A DNA stretch of 64,000 nt, from the IMG/VR virus record IMGVR_UViG_3300034012_003212, positions 196,659 through 260,658 of that record; one strand, written 5' to 3'. Below are positions 43,193 through 53,344 of the stretch, in pieces; position 1 is the stretch's first letter, and each line of letters begins with the position of its first letter. The notes under the pieces are model-generated. The model ran no database searches. It was given only the letters and a program-made list of their open reading frames with translations, and had not been told where the DNA came from. The position numbers and the translations under genes are program-made.

Positions 43193-45688
43193 TTATTCTT
43201 CTTCTATCATTCCGGATCCAGAGCCTTCTAGATCTTCATTTTCTTCTTCGCCATATTCATCGTCGTCATCGACATCTTCTGCAGCCTCTGTACCAAAATC
43301 AGAGATTTCTTCGCCTTCGTCGTTCATTGTTTCATCGCCTTCGCTGTAGTTCTCATATGCTCCATCATACTCATCATATTCCTCATCATCATATGAAAAT
43401 GGTTGGACTGTATCTTCTATTTCAATTTCATCATCATTGATATCGTCGAGGCTCTTATAACCATAATCGTCACCCTCTTCTGCTTCTTCGCGCTCCATTT
43501 CGTCATAATTAAATTCCTGATCTTCTACGCTAGTGTCATCATCATACATTGTGTGGTTAGGTTCCGTTTCGTGCCCATCATAAAACACTATGGATTCTTC
43601 CATTTCTCCTTCTTCGTCGAACGGGCGTTCTTCGAGGGGTGTACCAAACTCATCTTCTTCAGCAGCAAAATCTTCAGCATACTCTTCGGTTTCACTGTCC
43701 ATTCCATACTCATCCTCAGAAGGATATAGTTCTTCATCTTCCTCGGGAGAATAATCACCGAATCCTCTTTGTACCCTTTCTTCGAAGTTCTCCTCGTCTG
43801 TATCATATACTGTTCCAAAGTCTGGGTGCTTCATGACAGCAGAAGGGTCATTGTACAGTCCTTCAACCTCTTCAGGGGATACTTCTTCAACCTCGTCAAA
43901 TTCTGTTTCCATGAAGGATTCTTTCAACTTCTTTGCACCTTTCATGCTCTTTGTGTCAAGAGGAGTGGCCTTCGAACCCTTTATTGCGTCTATCGCAGCT
44001 TCAGCTGAAGCTACTCTGCTCTTCTTAACAACGGGGTCCAAGATGCTTATCTCGTTTCCGTTGCAACGGCAAGTGCTGCCATTTTCCAGCATTACGGTGA
44101 ATTGCTTGTTAACTCCATCTACTGAAAGAACTGTTCCGTTTCCCTTTTTTCCCACCTTCACTTTATCGCCTACTGCGGGAATGGGAACAAAACTCATCAT
44201 TTCGTTCAGCTTCAACTGTGCGGAGTTATACGTCTTCTTCAGGATATTCAATTCGGAATCGAGTGATTTGAACAGCATCTGTATGTGCTTGTTTTCGTTC
44301 ACTGCTTCGTCACTTTCCATTGCAGCTTTAACCTTCCTGTGTTCCCTTTCGATTTTAACCAGGTTCTCAAATATTTTTGAGATGACATCCTTTTGTTTTT
44401 GGATTCCGGCTTCTTCTTTCGTGAGAACTTCGGAGAATGCTTCAGAAATGTCATACGATAATTTTTCCATGACAAAATTCCTCAGCTTCCTTGCTGATAT
44501 AAAATCAAGGCACCTTGATTCATTCATTGCACCGTTTCGGAAATTGACCAAATAATTTTTGCCTTTCACGATGTTGATGCGAACGCCTTCGAATATGTTT
44601 GACTTTATAGTCTTTGCGAAATCGATGTCCATCAATTTCTGTGCATGGAGGTTGAGAGTCAGTGCGTCGTAGAGGTTCTTTACCTGCGAACGATCCACGA
44701 TAGATGCCATGTTAACTCTGTGTGTCAACTGATCACGGCTGATCTTCTCTTCATTCACATATATGCTACCGTCATCTGTGAGGCGGATTGTCGTGCTGCC
44801 CATCGGTACCATGATAGAATCTTCGAGTATGTACGCGCCTGTCCTTGACATTGCACCGTGTATTTCAACGAGATCACTACATTCCTTCAAGGCCTCAGAT
44901 TCTTTAACATACGAGAAAGACTGACCTTCTTTGCGGTATATGACACCGTCTAAGAGGAAGTAATCGCATTTTTCATTTATCTTAACAAATCCTATCGCCG
45001 ATTTTATCGAACATTTGGAATCATTCGACAGAGGGTTAAAGTTTCCATTCTCGTTCTCGAGCATTCGAAGTCCATTTGCGAGCCTATTGATAGTGGAATC
45101 GAATTTGTATTTATCGAGTTCCTGTATAATCATCTTCCTTGAACCAGATGAAAGATCATACACATAGTTATCTAACTTCTCAAGCAGCGGTTTGTATATG
45201 ATTCGATTTTTTGATGCACTTATGATATCAGCATGCTTTTTAACGAGGATTTCTTCCCTGAGGCCAGAAATCTTCGATTCAAGCAGGTCGTACTCCCTTT
45301 TGATTACGGGGTCCCACAATAGATTCTTAAGACTGTTCATGTAGTTCTCTGCTATGATATAATCCGCAGATTGACCACTGACATTCCTAAATTGTCCTAT
45401 GGGGTTCCTCAAGTGAGGGTATTTAGATATAGAGCTCTCCTGGAGTATACGATTAACAGACTCGGATATTCCCATGTCTTTTAATGTCGATATCCTCTTC
45501 TCATTCGCTATAAATGACCTCACAGCGATGTCTGAAGTATACGGTTCCAACTTTTCAATCGAAATGATTGAAAGATTGTGATCGGGAATGTTATCGGCCA
45601 TTTCGAGGAGCGATTCACATATCCTCCTCACGGCGCTCTTTACCGTTTTGTTCGAAAGGACTGCCAACCTGAGTTTAGCTGTATTCAT
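43193..45688 (-). CDS. Large coiled-coil protein with KOW/SH3-like motif and long acidic tail (possible prohead core/scaffold)
   Basis: 831 aa; VGDKVKVGKKGNGTVLSVDG; D/E-rich last ~230 aa; GATATATA upstream. Confidence 0.5.
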   Translation of the reverse strand: MNTAKLRLAVLSNKTVKSAVRRICESLLEMADNIPDHNLSIISIEKLEPYTSDIAVRSFIANEKRISTLKDMGISESVNRILQESSISKYPHLRNPIGQFRNVSGQSADYIIAENYMNSLKNLLWDPVIKREYDLLESKISGLREEILVKKHADIISASKNRIIYKPLLEKLDNYVYDLSSGSRKMIIQELDKYKFDSTINRLANGLRMLENENGNFNPLSNDSKCSIKSAIGFVKINEKCDYFLLDGVIYRKEGQSFSYVKESEALKECSDLVEIHGAMSRTGAYILEDSIMVPMGSTTIRLTDDGSIYVNEEKISRDQLTHRVNMASIVDRSQVKNLYDALTLNLHAQKLMDIDFAKTIKSNIFEGVRINIVKGKNYLVNFRNGAMNESRCLDFISARKLRNFVMEKLSYDISEAFSEVLTKEEAGIQKQKDVISKIFENLVKIEREHRKVKAAMESDEAVNENKHIQMLFKSLDSELNILKKTYNSAQLKLNEMMSFVPIPAVGDKVKVGKKGNGTVLSVDGVNKQFTVMLENGSTCRCNGNEISILDPVVKKSRVASAEAAIDAIKGSKATPLDTKSMKGAKKLKESFMETEFDEVEEVSPEEVEGLYNDPSAVMKHPDFGTVYDTDEENFEERVQRGFGDYSPEEDEELYPSEDEYGMDSETEEYAEDFAAEEDEFGTPLEERPFDEEGEMEESIVFYDGHETEPNHTMYDDDTSVEDQEFNYDEMEREEAEEGDDYGYKSLDDINDDEIEIEDTVQPFSYDDEEYDEYDGAYENYSEGDETMNDEGEEISDFGTEAAEDVDDDDEYGEEENEDLEGSGSGMIEEE

Positions 45689-45713
45689 GTGCTAAAATTT
45701 TTTTTGGATGATC

Positions 45714-45721
45714 TATATATC
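45714..45721 (-). promoter_or_regulatory. GATATATA putative late promoter
   Basis: Exact octamer 25 bp upstream of ATG 45688. Confidence 0.6.
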
Positions 45722-45745
45722 AAATTTTGTGTAAAAGTAATAGCA

Positions 45746-47257
45746 TTAATTGCGTATTATCTTCGTTGAATCCGATTCTTTGAATATTCGAAGGTTTAAT
45801 TCCATGAAATCTGTCTTCGGTATATTCGTCCAGAATTCTAATGCGACGTCATTAAAGTCGTCATCTGAAGAGTATTGTGCTATGATGATATCCTGGTCAA
45901 AGAATTTTGCATTTCCAGATACATGTTCAACGTCGATTATCACATAGTTCACAGTGCCAGAAGGATTCAATTCATATGCTACTTTCTTCGTGTGGAATGT
46001 CGCAGAGCCACCAATGCTCATATTGCGCAATGAAATCTTCTTATCGAACCTTTCTTCTTTAATGTATGCAGAAAGAAACCATTCAGATAGATCGTTTTGA
46101 TTGAAATCCTGGCCTGAGATATATATCTGTGTTATCTGGTTTAATGTATTCGCCTGTAAAAGCGATGACTCTTCTTCTGGGACTCCTGGAACTTCTATAG
46201 AGAAACACAGAGCACCTTGTGTGATTTCCCCCTCTCCTCCTGCTATATACTTGAACGTTTGGAAAGGATTGTTCGAACCGTTTATGTCGATCCTGAATTT
46301 TGTGATGTCATTGTATACTGCATCACTTAGATCATTGCTGTCCACAACCGGAACTGTGATCGTGTTTCCTGACTTTGAAACCGGATCGCTGATTATAAGA
46401 TAGAACTCATCTCCCGATTCGTTGGATACCTTTATCCTCTGGCCTACTGTGAAATTTGACGTCGGATAGAAGCCGTCGAACACCAGTTTCATAGACCCTG
46501 ATGTTGCACTCGTATTGGAAGAAAGAACGGGATTTGCATTACTTACCTGCTTTTTTGATTTCGACATCTCGATGCTTGATGCAAATGTCTGCATCGTGTT
46601 TCCTTTAAAGAACTCCGTCGTGAGATCGAGCACAGGCATATATGTCTCCACTTCGACAGAGAAATCCATTTTTATCCTTTGATCGCCCCCGACGTCATAG
46701 TTGAAGTTCTTTTCTCCTGGTATCGGAGCCGGAAACATAGCCCTTGCAGGTATCCTGAAGGTTTTATACCTGAAACTGAAAGGGACACTTTTGAAAAACT
46801 GGGAAAAAGCAACCTCGAATATCCTGAAATAATCTAAGATTATGTCAGCATACATCTTAACCTGAAATGTTACCCTCAGGGGCACGGCAAACCCTCTCGC
46901 TGAAAACGTCTTCATCTGGCCATCTACCAGCTTCTGGTATTCCATGCGAACGAAATTATTGGTCAATGCATCTTCTGCCACACTGACTGATGCCATATTC
47001 ACCACTCCTCTAGGTATGGGGTCGAAGTTTCCATCAGCAAAATCGAATTTACAGTTATCGAAATTGATGAAGTTATCCTGTATAAATCTCCCGTCTCCGA
47101 CTATTGAGTAGTAAAATGGAACAGAATAAGTTCGAGTCTCTGTAGGAGATACAACCACATCGTATTTTATCCTATCGTTGAGAGTGTTTATGAATGCGAT
47201 GATCAGAGATCGCAGAAAAACATCATCTGTGTTTGTCTTAAAGTTAAATGGCAGCAT
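45746..47257 (-). CDS. Tail sheath stabiliser/completion protein, T4 gp15-like, with C-terminal extension
   Basis: AVPLRVTFQVKMYADIILDYFRIFEVAFSQF resembles the gp15 core; start reassigned to ATG 47257 behind GATATATA (47263-47270). Confidence 0.6.
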   Translation of the reverse strand: MLPFNFKTNTDDVFLRSLIIAFINTLNDRIKYDVVVSPTETRTYSVPFYYSIVGDGRFIQDNFINFDNCKFDFADGNFDPIPRGVVNMASVSVAEDALTNNFVRMEYQKLVDGQMKTFSARGFAVPLRVTFQVKMYADIILDYFRIFEVAFSQFFKSVPFSFRYKTFRIPARAMFPAPIPGEKNFNYDVGGDQRIKMDFSVEVETYMPVLDLTTEFFKGNTMQTFASSIEMSKSKKQVSNANPVLSSNTSATSGSMKLVFDGFYPTSNFTVGQRIKVSNESGDEFYLIISDPVSKSGNTITVPVVDSNDLSDAVYNDITKFRIDINGSNNPFQTFKYIAGGEGEITQGALCFSIEVPGVPEEESSLLQANTLNQITQIYISGQDFNQNDLSEWFLSAYIKEERFDKKISLRNMSIGGSATFHTKKVAYELNPSGTVNYVIIDVEHVSGNAKFFDQDIIIAQYSSDDDFNDVALEFWTNIPKTDFMELNLRIFKESDSTKIIRN

Positions 47258-47268
47258 ATGTTTATATA

Positions 47269-48939
47269 TCAATTTACGGGCTCTAGTTCTATTGAACTGA
47301 AACCATTTGCCTTTTTCGTTCTGAGGATGTAATCGAATTCCTCATGTGGAAGCTGTGCATGGTTCACAACTATCGTGTTTAGCCTCATATCCCTCGTTAT
47401 CTTTCCTAGTATTCTGATGACATGGTAGACGTTTCCCTGATCAACGGATGAAAAGACCTCATCGAGGAACAATATGTTAAGCTCAGGGAACCTCATCTTC
47501 ATCAGTTTTATGAGGCCGACGAGAACTATTATGTCGAGCTTCTTTGTCTCGCCTGTCGAGAGAGTTTTGGGTGATATCTCTTCTCCGAGGTGAAAAAGTT
47601 TTGCCTCAAATTCTTCGTCGAATGATGCAGCATACTCCGACCCCATTTCAGTCGATAGATCTGATATGTACGTGTTTAATACAGGCAGGAGGTTTCGTAT
47701 TGCCATGGTCTTTATTCCACCATCTCCTAGTATAGAATCAAGGACTCTTATGTATGAGGATTTTGATTCTGCTTTTGTCCGTATTTCTTGCTTCTCTTCA
47801 AGAAGGGCTTCTGATTCTTCTATGAGTTTGGCTATGACCCCAACATCTTCATTCTTTGATCCCTGGTTCTCCAGAAAATCTATCTTTGACTTTATCGTCT
47901 TTATTGATGATTGAGTGTTGATTCGCCTTTCTCGAATGGATTCGTTGAGTTCCTTAAGTTTATCTATAGATTCATTGACCTCTTTGAGGAGATTCTTTTT
48001 ATCCAGCATGTTGCTCTTCAGGCTATCTATCTCTGCCAATATGCTTTGTTTTGAACTCTCTCTGAAACTCAGTTCCATTTCACGGCCACATGTTGGGCAG
48101 CTGTCTTTTTCAAACAGCGTGAGTTCTTTTTCTTTTATGTCTATAGTGTATTTAGTTTTCCTCACTTCTTCCTCGAGGTTACTCCTCTTTGGCGAGAGAT
48201 TATTGTAAGATTCTTTCACTTTAGAGTCTTCGATACTTATCTCTTTTGATTCCTCCTCGAGGTGCTGGGCATTTAATGTGAGTCGTTCTATTTCTTCGCT
48301 CGCATCCTGTTTCATCTTCTTTTCTATTTCTGCCCTTTTTTCTATGCTCTTCTGTATCGATGATTCTATCCATGTGATTTCTTTGTTGACGGAATCGAGG
48401 ATGTTCTTAACATCCCTGGAATCAGCCTTCAACAATTCGCGCATCTGGTTTATTATATCCAAAGAAAAAAGACGGTCTATGATCGCCCGTTTATCTGAAG
48501 GCGTCATGTCTATAAAACTCTTAAAGTCATTTATGTTCAGGCTTATGAGGTTGTCGAAAACATAGAAGGGCATTTTGAATATCTCGTCCTCGAGGTACTT
48601 CTGGATGTTTGCCTTTCCAGCCTCTCCGATGACTGCGCCGTCAACTGTGACTTCAAATGTATTCGGGGATATGCCTCTTTCTATTACCACGTTTCGCTGT
48701 GACGCTTCTAACTCTATCCTCACCCATGCATTTTTGTTCTTTCGATTCGCCAGGTCCTTCAAACTCTTGTTTGTGACCTTTCCATAGAGTGCGAATGTTA
48801 TGCAGTTCAAAAAACTTGATTTACCAGTTGCATTGTCTCCTGTGAGCATGAAAAATCCAGGATTGTTCTCGAAATCAATCCTCTGTACCTTGTTGCCGTA
48901 GGAAGATATGTTCCTCCATGCTATCCTCTTTATCCTCAT
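47269..48939 (-). CDS. gp46: Recombination endonuclease ATPase subunit, gp46/SbcC/Rad50-like
   Basis: Walker A GDNATGKS, CPTCG zinc hook, LSTGE signature, Walker B FLDEVFS. Confidence 0.95.
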   Translation of the reverse strand: MRIKRIAWRNISSYGNKVQRIDFENNPGFFMLTGDNATGKSSFLNCITFALYGKVTNKSLKDLANRKNKNAWVRIELEASQRNVVIERGISPNTFEVTVDGAVIGEAGKANIQKYLEDEIFKMPFYVFDNLISLNINDFKSFIDMTPSDKRAIIDRLFSLDIINQMRELLKADSRDVKNILDSVNKEITWIESSIQKSIEKRAEIEKKMKQDASEEIERLTLNAQHLEEESKEISIEDSKVKESYNNLSPKRSNLEEEVRKTKYTIDIKEKELTLFEKDSCPTCGREMELSFRESSKQSILAEIDSLKSNMLDKKNLLKEVNESIDKLKELNESIRERRINTQSSIKTIKSKIDFLENQGSKNEDVGVIAKLIEESEALLEEKQEIRTKAESKSSYIRVLDSILGDGGIKTMAIRNLLPVLNTYISDLSTEMGSEYAASFDEEFEAKLFHLGEEISPKTLSTGETKKLDIIVLVGLIKLMKMRFPELNILFLDEVFSSVDQGNVYHVIRILGKITRDMRLNTIVVNHAQLPHEEFDYILRTKKANGFSSIELEPVN

Positions 48940-50030
48940 TTTCCTGTGCTCCTCTGGGAAATTGCTCTTGTGTAGAGATCCTGTAAGTGGTTCTTGAGTT
49001 TATTTTTAACTTTGACGTTGTACCTGTCCATTGAATTTATCATTTCTTCGCTGAGTTTCATAACATCCATCGGAGAATTATCATGCGAACTCACGGATTC
49101 TACTGGCTCCTCTTCTGTTTTCTTCTTGCCCACAGGAAAGAGGCTCCTCGCACAGCCTTCGAATATCCTCACAAATTCCTGATATGGGAAATCTGGATAC
49201 TTATAGAAATCAACTACGACATCGACGAAATTATTTTTCACTAGATTTTCTATTTCATAGATGGGCATATCCAACAGGGAATCCATCTCAACTTTAAGGA
49301 ACTCCGGGCAGTTCCTGTTCTTTATGAACTCATACTCAAGGGTTTCGGTATCGATGATCCAGAAACCTTTTTCGTTTCCAACATCAGACCTTGTCATTGA
49401 ATAAGGAGGTCCGACGAATATCACGTTTCCGTTTTTCTGTCTGTGGTGTATGTGTCCCGAGAAAACTAGTTTGAACTTTGAGAAATCTTCTGCTATGCAC
49501 CCTTCTTCTATCTTCCTCCATGGATTAAAGTCTGCGCCCTTCATGTCAGTGTGTGCGAAGAGCACTTCTGCTTTCTGTGATGCCAATAAGTCCATTGCAG
49601 ACCTCTCAGAATCGTGGCGGTTTTTGTCGTCTCCGTATCTCCATGGCATCAGACCAAATATTCGATTTCCGTACTTCTGCGTACACGGCTCTCGAAAAAC
49701 CCGTATGTTCTCTATCAGTCCTAGCGTGGGTTCGACTGAGTTGATGTCATTCGTATTCCTATCGTGGCAGTCGTGGTTTCCTAGTATTATGTCTATTGGC
49801 GCTATCTTGGATAGTTCCTCAAATTTCCTGGGAACTGAATCCAGGACCTTCATATGGATAGACTGCCGGGAATCAAAAACATCGCCAAGGTGTATTATCC
49901 TGTCGCCGTTATTCATCCTCTTCTTAACTTCTCTTTTGAACCAGTCGAGGGTTGAAAGCTGAATCTCCAACCACTCCTGCGAACAGTTCCTGACTCCAAA
50001 GTGTGTATCACTGATAATGAATAGTTTCAT
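48936..50030 (-). CDS. gp47: Recombination nuclease subunit, gp47/SbcD/Mre11-like
   Basis: Metallophosphoesterase motifs DTHFG, GDVFD, GNHD, SGHIH. Confidence 0.95.
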   Translation of the reverse strand: MKLFIISDTHFGVRNCSQEWLEIQLSTLDWFKREVKKRMNNGDRIIHLGDVFDSRQSIHMKVLDSVPRKFEELSKIAPIDIILGNHDCHDRNTNDINSVEPTLGLIENIRVFREPCTQKYGNRIFGLMPWRYGDDKNRHDSERSAMDLLASQKAEVLFAHTDMKGADFNPWRKIEEGCIAEDFSKFKLVFSGHIHHRQKNGNVIFVGPPYSMTRSDVGNEKGFWIIDTETLEYEFIKNRNCPEFLKVEMDSLLDMPIYEIENLVKNNFVDVVVDFYKYPDFPYQEFVRIFEGCARSLFPVGKKKTEEEPVESVSSHDNSPMDVMKLSEEMINSMDRYNVKVKNKLKNHLQDLYTRAISQRSTGK

Positions 50031-50488
50031 CAGAATAACTTTTTAATGTTCATTTTTGATAAAATACGGTATTCGCTGTCGAGTTCACTGAGTATCTTCT
50101 CCTTGTGCGTTAGGCTGAGCTTTTTGAACATGTTCTCATAGCTACAACCAAGGTATTCACAGGATCCTATCATCATCTCCACAATAGTGTATGTGGAATC
50201 TTTTGCCTTTACATTTTCCACGATGAAGCAGAAGAAATCGTTTAATTTTGCTTTTGGGAACTTCCGTTTCACCTGGAGCTTTAGGCTGTACTTGCTATCG
50301 TGTGTTATTTCTTCTATGATATGGAGAAGGTTGGTCAATCGTGCATACTTCTCATTGTCATAGTATTCATTCAAATAATCATCGGCGTATTCATTACTGA
50401 TCTTCATATCGCGCACGTGGAAATGTTCGTGCTCTATCTGGCCAGTGTTGAAACTGTTATCCAGTATTTTGTCCCCTGTTCTTCTCAT
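50030..50488 (-). CDS. Hypothetical protein
   Basis: 152 aa, coupled to gp47 start. Confidence 0.7.
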   Translation of the reverse strand: MRRTGDKILDNSFNTGQIEHEHFHVRDMKISNEYADDYLNEYYDNEKYARLTNLLHIIEEITHDSKYSLKLQVKRKFPKAKLNDFFCFIVENVKAKDSTYTIVEMMIGSCEYLGCSYENMFKKLSLTHKEKILSELDSEYRILSKMNIKKLF

Positions 50489-50503
50489 GCTGTATGTGTT
50501 TTT

Positions 50504-51808
50504 TTATTGAGCGGGTTCTAATGTCTCTCTTATCATCATCTTTGGGTACTCTACCAAGAATTTTTTCCTCATGCCAGAGTCTTCTGAATTCCTAAGTGCG
50601 AGTGATTTAAGGACGTATTCTCCCTCTGCTTTCATGAGATCACTCTGTATGATTCCATATAGAGTATCTACAGTTGAAGCGAGACCCATGGATTCAGATA
50701 TATCGGTCATGCTCATATCAGTCGAACCCACATTAGTCCTGTTTATCTGTGTTGCTGATGCTATAGCCCAGTTATTTCGAAGAGCCATAGCTCGAACATC
50801 TTCTGATATCTGCTTAACCTTTATATAGAGGTTCTCCGTGTTAGGGTTCCTCCAGTTCTTCATTATGTTAAGATAATCTATAACGATGAGATCAAATTTT
50901 ATGCCTTTGGTCTCTTCCTTTTTTCTGATAAACGATTCTATGTCATTAGCAGACGCAGTCGACGTTGGATAAGACTTTATGTACAATGCACCGAACGGAT
51001 TGTAACCATCGCCGTAATCTATAACCTTACGTATATTCTTCTTCAGCCACAAGGAATCCTTTTCGATGAGTTTTTTGGAATACTCACCAGTGGAAACACC
51101 CATGAGATTGGAAGATATCCTTTGGAGGTACTGGTAATCAAGGAGCTCAAGCGTTATGATCATCACATTCTTCCCTGTTCTTACTGCATTCGCAGCTAGA
51201 TTAAGGAGCCACACAGACTTACCAGATTTTTGTGCACCCATGAGAACATTGAGTGTTCCGGGTATCCAACCTCCCCCCATGGTCTGATCTATGAAATTAT
51301 ATCCCGTGGAGAACGATTTCATTGTTATAGACCTATGGTTCTCGGGATCAGAGAAGTCCAAACAGTCATCGTTTGCGAGATCTATACTAGCGCCATCTCG
51401 TATGATATTGACAACACGATCCGCAACATCCTTTGCATTCTGTGCCGTTACCTTCTGGCCTTTCATGAATGTGAAAGCATCGAATAGAGTTGTGTTCAAT
51501 GCTCTCCAGGATATCCAGCCTTCGAGTGTCTGCTGGAGCCAATCTTCATCGTAACCGCTGTTGTTCTCTATTAGGCTATCAATGTAATCGACCGACAATA
51601 CATCCTCTAGCTTGTTGGTCTGAACAAGGTGCTTGAGCTGCCTTTTCTCCGGAGAATGTTTGTATTTTTCAAAGAACCTCCTGCTGAGCTCGTATGCTTT
51701 ACGTATCTCCGGTGTCTCAAAGTATTCATCCTTTACCGATTCAAAGTACTTGTAATCAGCAAGAATCTGGTTGAGTATTATCTTTTCCGTCTGCACATCG
51801 CCGTTCAT
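50504..51808 (-). CDS. gp41: Replicative DNA helicase, T4 gp41/DnaB-like
   Basis: Walker A GAQKSGKS, IVIDYLNIM, ASATQINR, DISESMGL. Confidence 0.93.
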   Translation of the reverse strand: MNGDVQTEKIILNQILADYKYFESVKDEYFETPEIRKAYELSRRFFEKYKHSPEKRQLKHLVQTNKLEDVLSVDYIDSLIENNSGYDEDWLQQTLEGWISWRALNTTLFDAFTFMKGQKVTAQNAKDVADRVVNIIRDGASIDLANDDCLDFSDPENHRSITMKSFSTGYNFIDQTMGGGWIPGTLNVLMGAQKSGKSVWLLNLAANAVRTGKNVMIITLELLDYQYLQRISSNLMGVSTGEYSKKLIEKDSLWLKKNIRKVIDYGDGYNPFGALYIKSYPTSTASANDIESFIRKKEETKGIKFDLIVIDYLNIMKNWRNPNTENLYIKVKQISEDVRAMALRNNWAIASATQINRTNVGSTDMSMTDISESMGLASTVDTLYGIIQSDLMKAEGEYVLKSLALRNSEDSGMRKKFLVEYPKMMIRETLEPAQ

Positions 51809-52101
51809 AGGTATGGACTCCGAAGGAATTGTATGGTTCTTTTTGTTTTTGTTGTTGTCACTTCAGCGTACCCTTCTTTGCCACACCACTCGATGAATTT
51901 ATTCCTCCATGATTCTTCCGTCGGATGCTTGAATGCATATGACAACGAGTGCTCACTTATAGAATCGCTTTCCTTCTCTTTCAAAAAAACAAGAAGGTCG
52001 TACAGTGCATCGTTAAATGACTTGTACTCGTCATTTTTATGATGTAATTTTAATGTAAGGCAAAGTGGAACTTTCTTCTCATCAAATAATATCTTCGTCA
52101 T
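51805..52101 (-). CDS. Hypothetical protein
   Basis: 98 aa, overlapping both neighbours. Confidence 0.65.
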   Translation of the reverse strand: MTKILFDEKKVPLCLTLKLHHKNDEYKSFNDALYDLLVFLKEKESDSISEHSLSYAFKHPTEESWRNKFIEWCGKEGYAEVTTTKTKRTIQFLRSPYL

Positions 52102-53326
52102 ACAGCTCTTCCTCGATGTGACTTAAATCCTCTGTTATTTCTGTTATGTTAGGGAGTTCAAATAACGGACGAATTATTTTAGAATCAAGTTCCCTTAGTA
52201 TTTCTTCCGTGAAGACTTCTTTTCTGAATATTTGGCTCGATTTAATGTTTTCTCCTAAGTGACGAACTGCGTACGTTTTAGGATTTGCTGAATCGTCTGG
52301 AACGTAAATGAATTCGCCAGTAGGAACGCTGTCGTATACCGGTTTACCCCTTTTGACGACTTGTACTCCGTTTTCATCAAGAACCGGGACCATGTCTATT
52401 TTTTCTTCTAGTTTACCGGGCCCTATTCCAATGCTTTCCCACGACACATATTTCTCGAGTCCAACGTATGGATTCATTCCTGTCAAGAATGATATATGGA
52501 ATTTGACTGGTATAGTCTTCGTGAACCTGCTCTTTTTCAATTTAGAGGTAACAACAATACCCGTTCCCGTCATCCCTTGTTTTTCTGCTTCCTTGTTGTT
52601 CTCCTTTAGTTTTGCCTTTTGGAGCATCAGAATCATAGAAGCTGCATATTCTGGTCCACCTCCGCCACTCATCCTCTGGGAGGGAACATACGAACCTATT
52701 TCTGCGTAGCTGTGGTTTGTGAAGACGAGCGGTATCTTGAGTTCGGCGAGATCTGTTGTTATGATCCTGAAAAGGCTCCTGAGACCGGCCTGGCGAGTCA
52801 TGTCTTTCTTCTCGCTACCGGAGACCGCGTCATCCCTCTCTTTATCTGTTCCAAGATTTCCGAGTGAGTCTATCACCATGAGAATTTTCGGGAGTTCAAA
52901 TCCTTTGTTCTTTTTTTCCTTCATCTCTATGTAGAGATTCGAACATATCTTCTTTAATGCTGTTATCGTTTTAACGGGCTCGTGCCTGAACCTGTTCAGA
53001 TCAACACCAAATTTTCCACACACATCCCTATCGACTGCTGCTTCAGTGTCACAATAGATCACGGCGTAGCCCATCTTCTGGGCCTCTCTTGCTATGTTAA
53101 GACACAGAAATGTTTTTCCCGTGCCACTCTCTCCTGAAAGAGCAACACTTCTTGTGTTTGGTATTCCGCCAAAAAGTGAACCTGTCATCTGTGCATTTAC
53201 CATGTAATTACCGGTTGGTATATGCTCATCTATGATGCTAAACTTACTATCTGCTATTATTGAACCCAGGTCGTTCACCTTCGACATGGTCTTCGAAAGG
53301 TCCTCGAACGAAAATACTTTGCTCAT
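52082..53326 (-). CDS. uvsX: RecA-like recombinase UvsX
   Basis: SGESGTGKT Walker A, YCDTEAA, VIDSLG, SGGGGPEYAAS. Confidence 0.93.
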   Translation of the reverse strand: MSKVFSFEDLSKTMSKVNDLGSIIADSKFSIIDEHIPTGNYMVNAQMTGSLFGGIPNTRSVALSGESGTGKTFLCLNIAREAQKMGYAVIYCDTEAAVDRDVCGKFGVDLNRFRHEPVKTITALKKICSNLYIEMKEKKNKGFELPKILMVIDSLGNLGTDKERDDAVSGSEKKDMTRQAGLRSLFRIITTDLAELKIPLVFTNHSYAEIGSYVPSQRMSGGGGPEYAASMILMLQKAKLKENNKEAEKQGMTGTGIVVTSKLKKSRFTKTIPVKFHISFLTGMNPYVGLEKYVSWESIGIGPGKLEEKIDMVPVLDENGVQVVKRGKPVYDSVPTGEFIYVPDDSANPKTYAVRHLGENIKSSQIFRKEVFTEEILRELDSKIIRPLFELPNITEITEDLSHIEEELYDEDII

Positions 53327-53344
53327 GGTTGATCCTCTGATATT

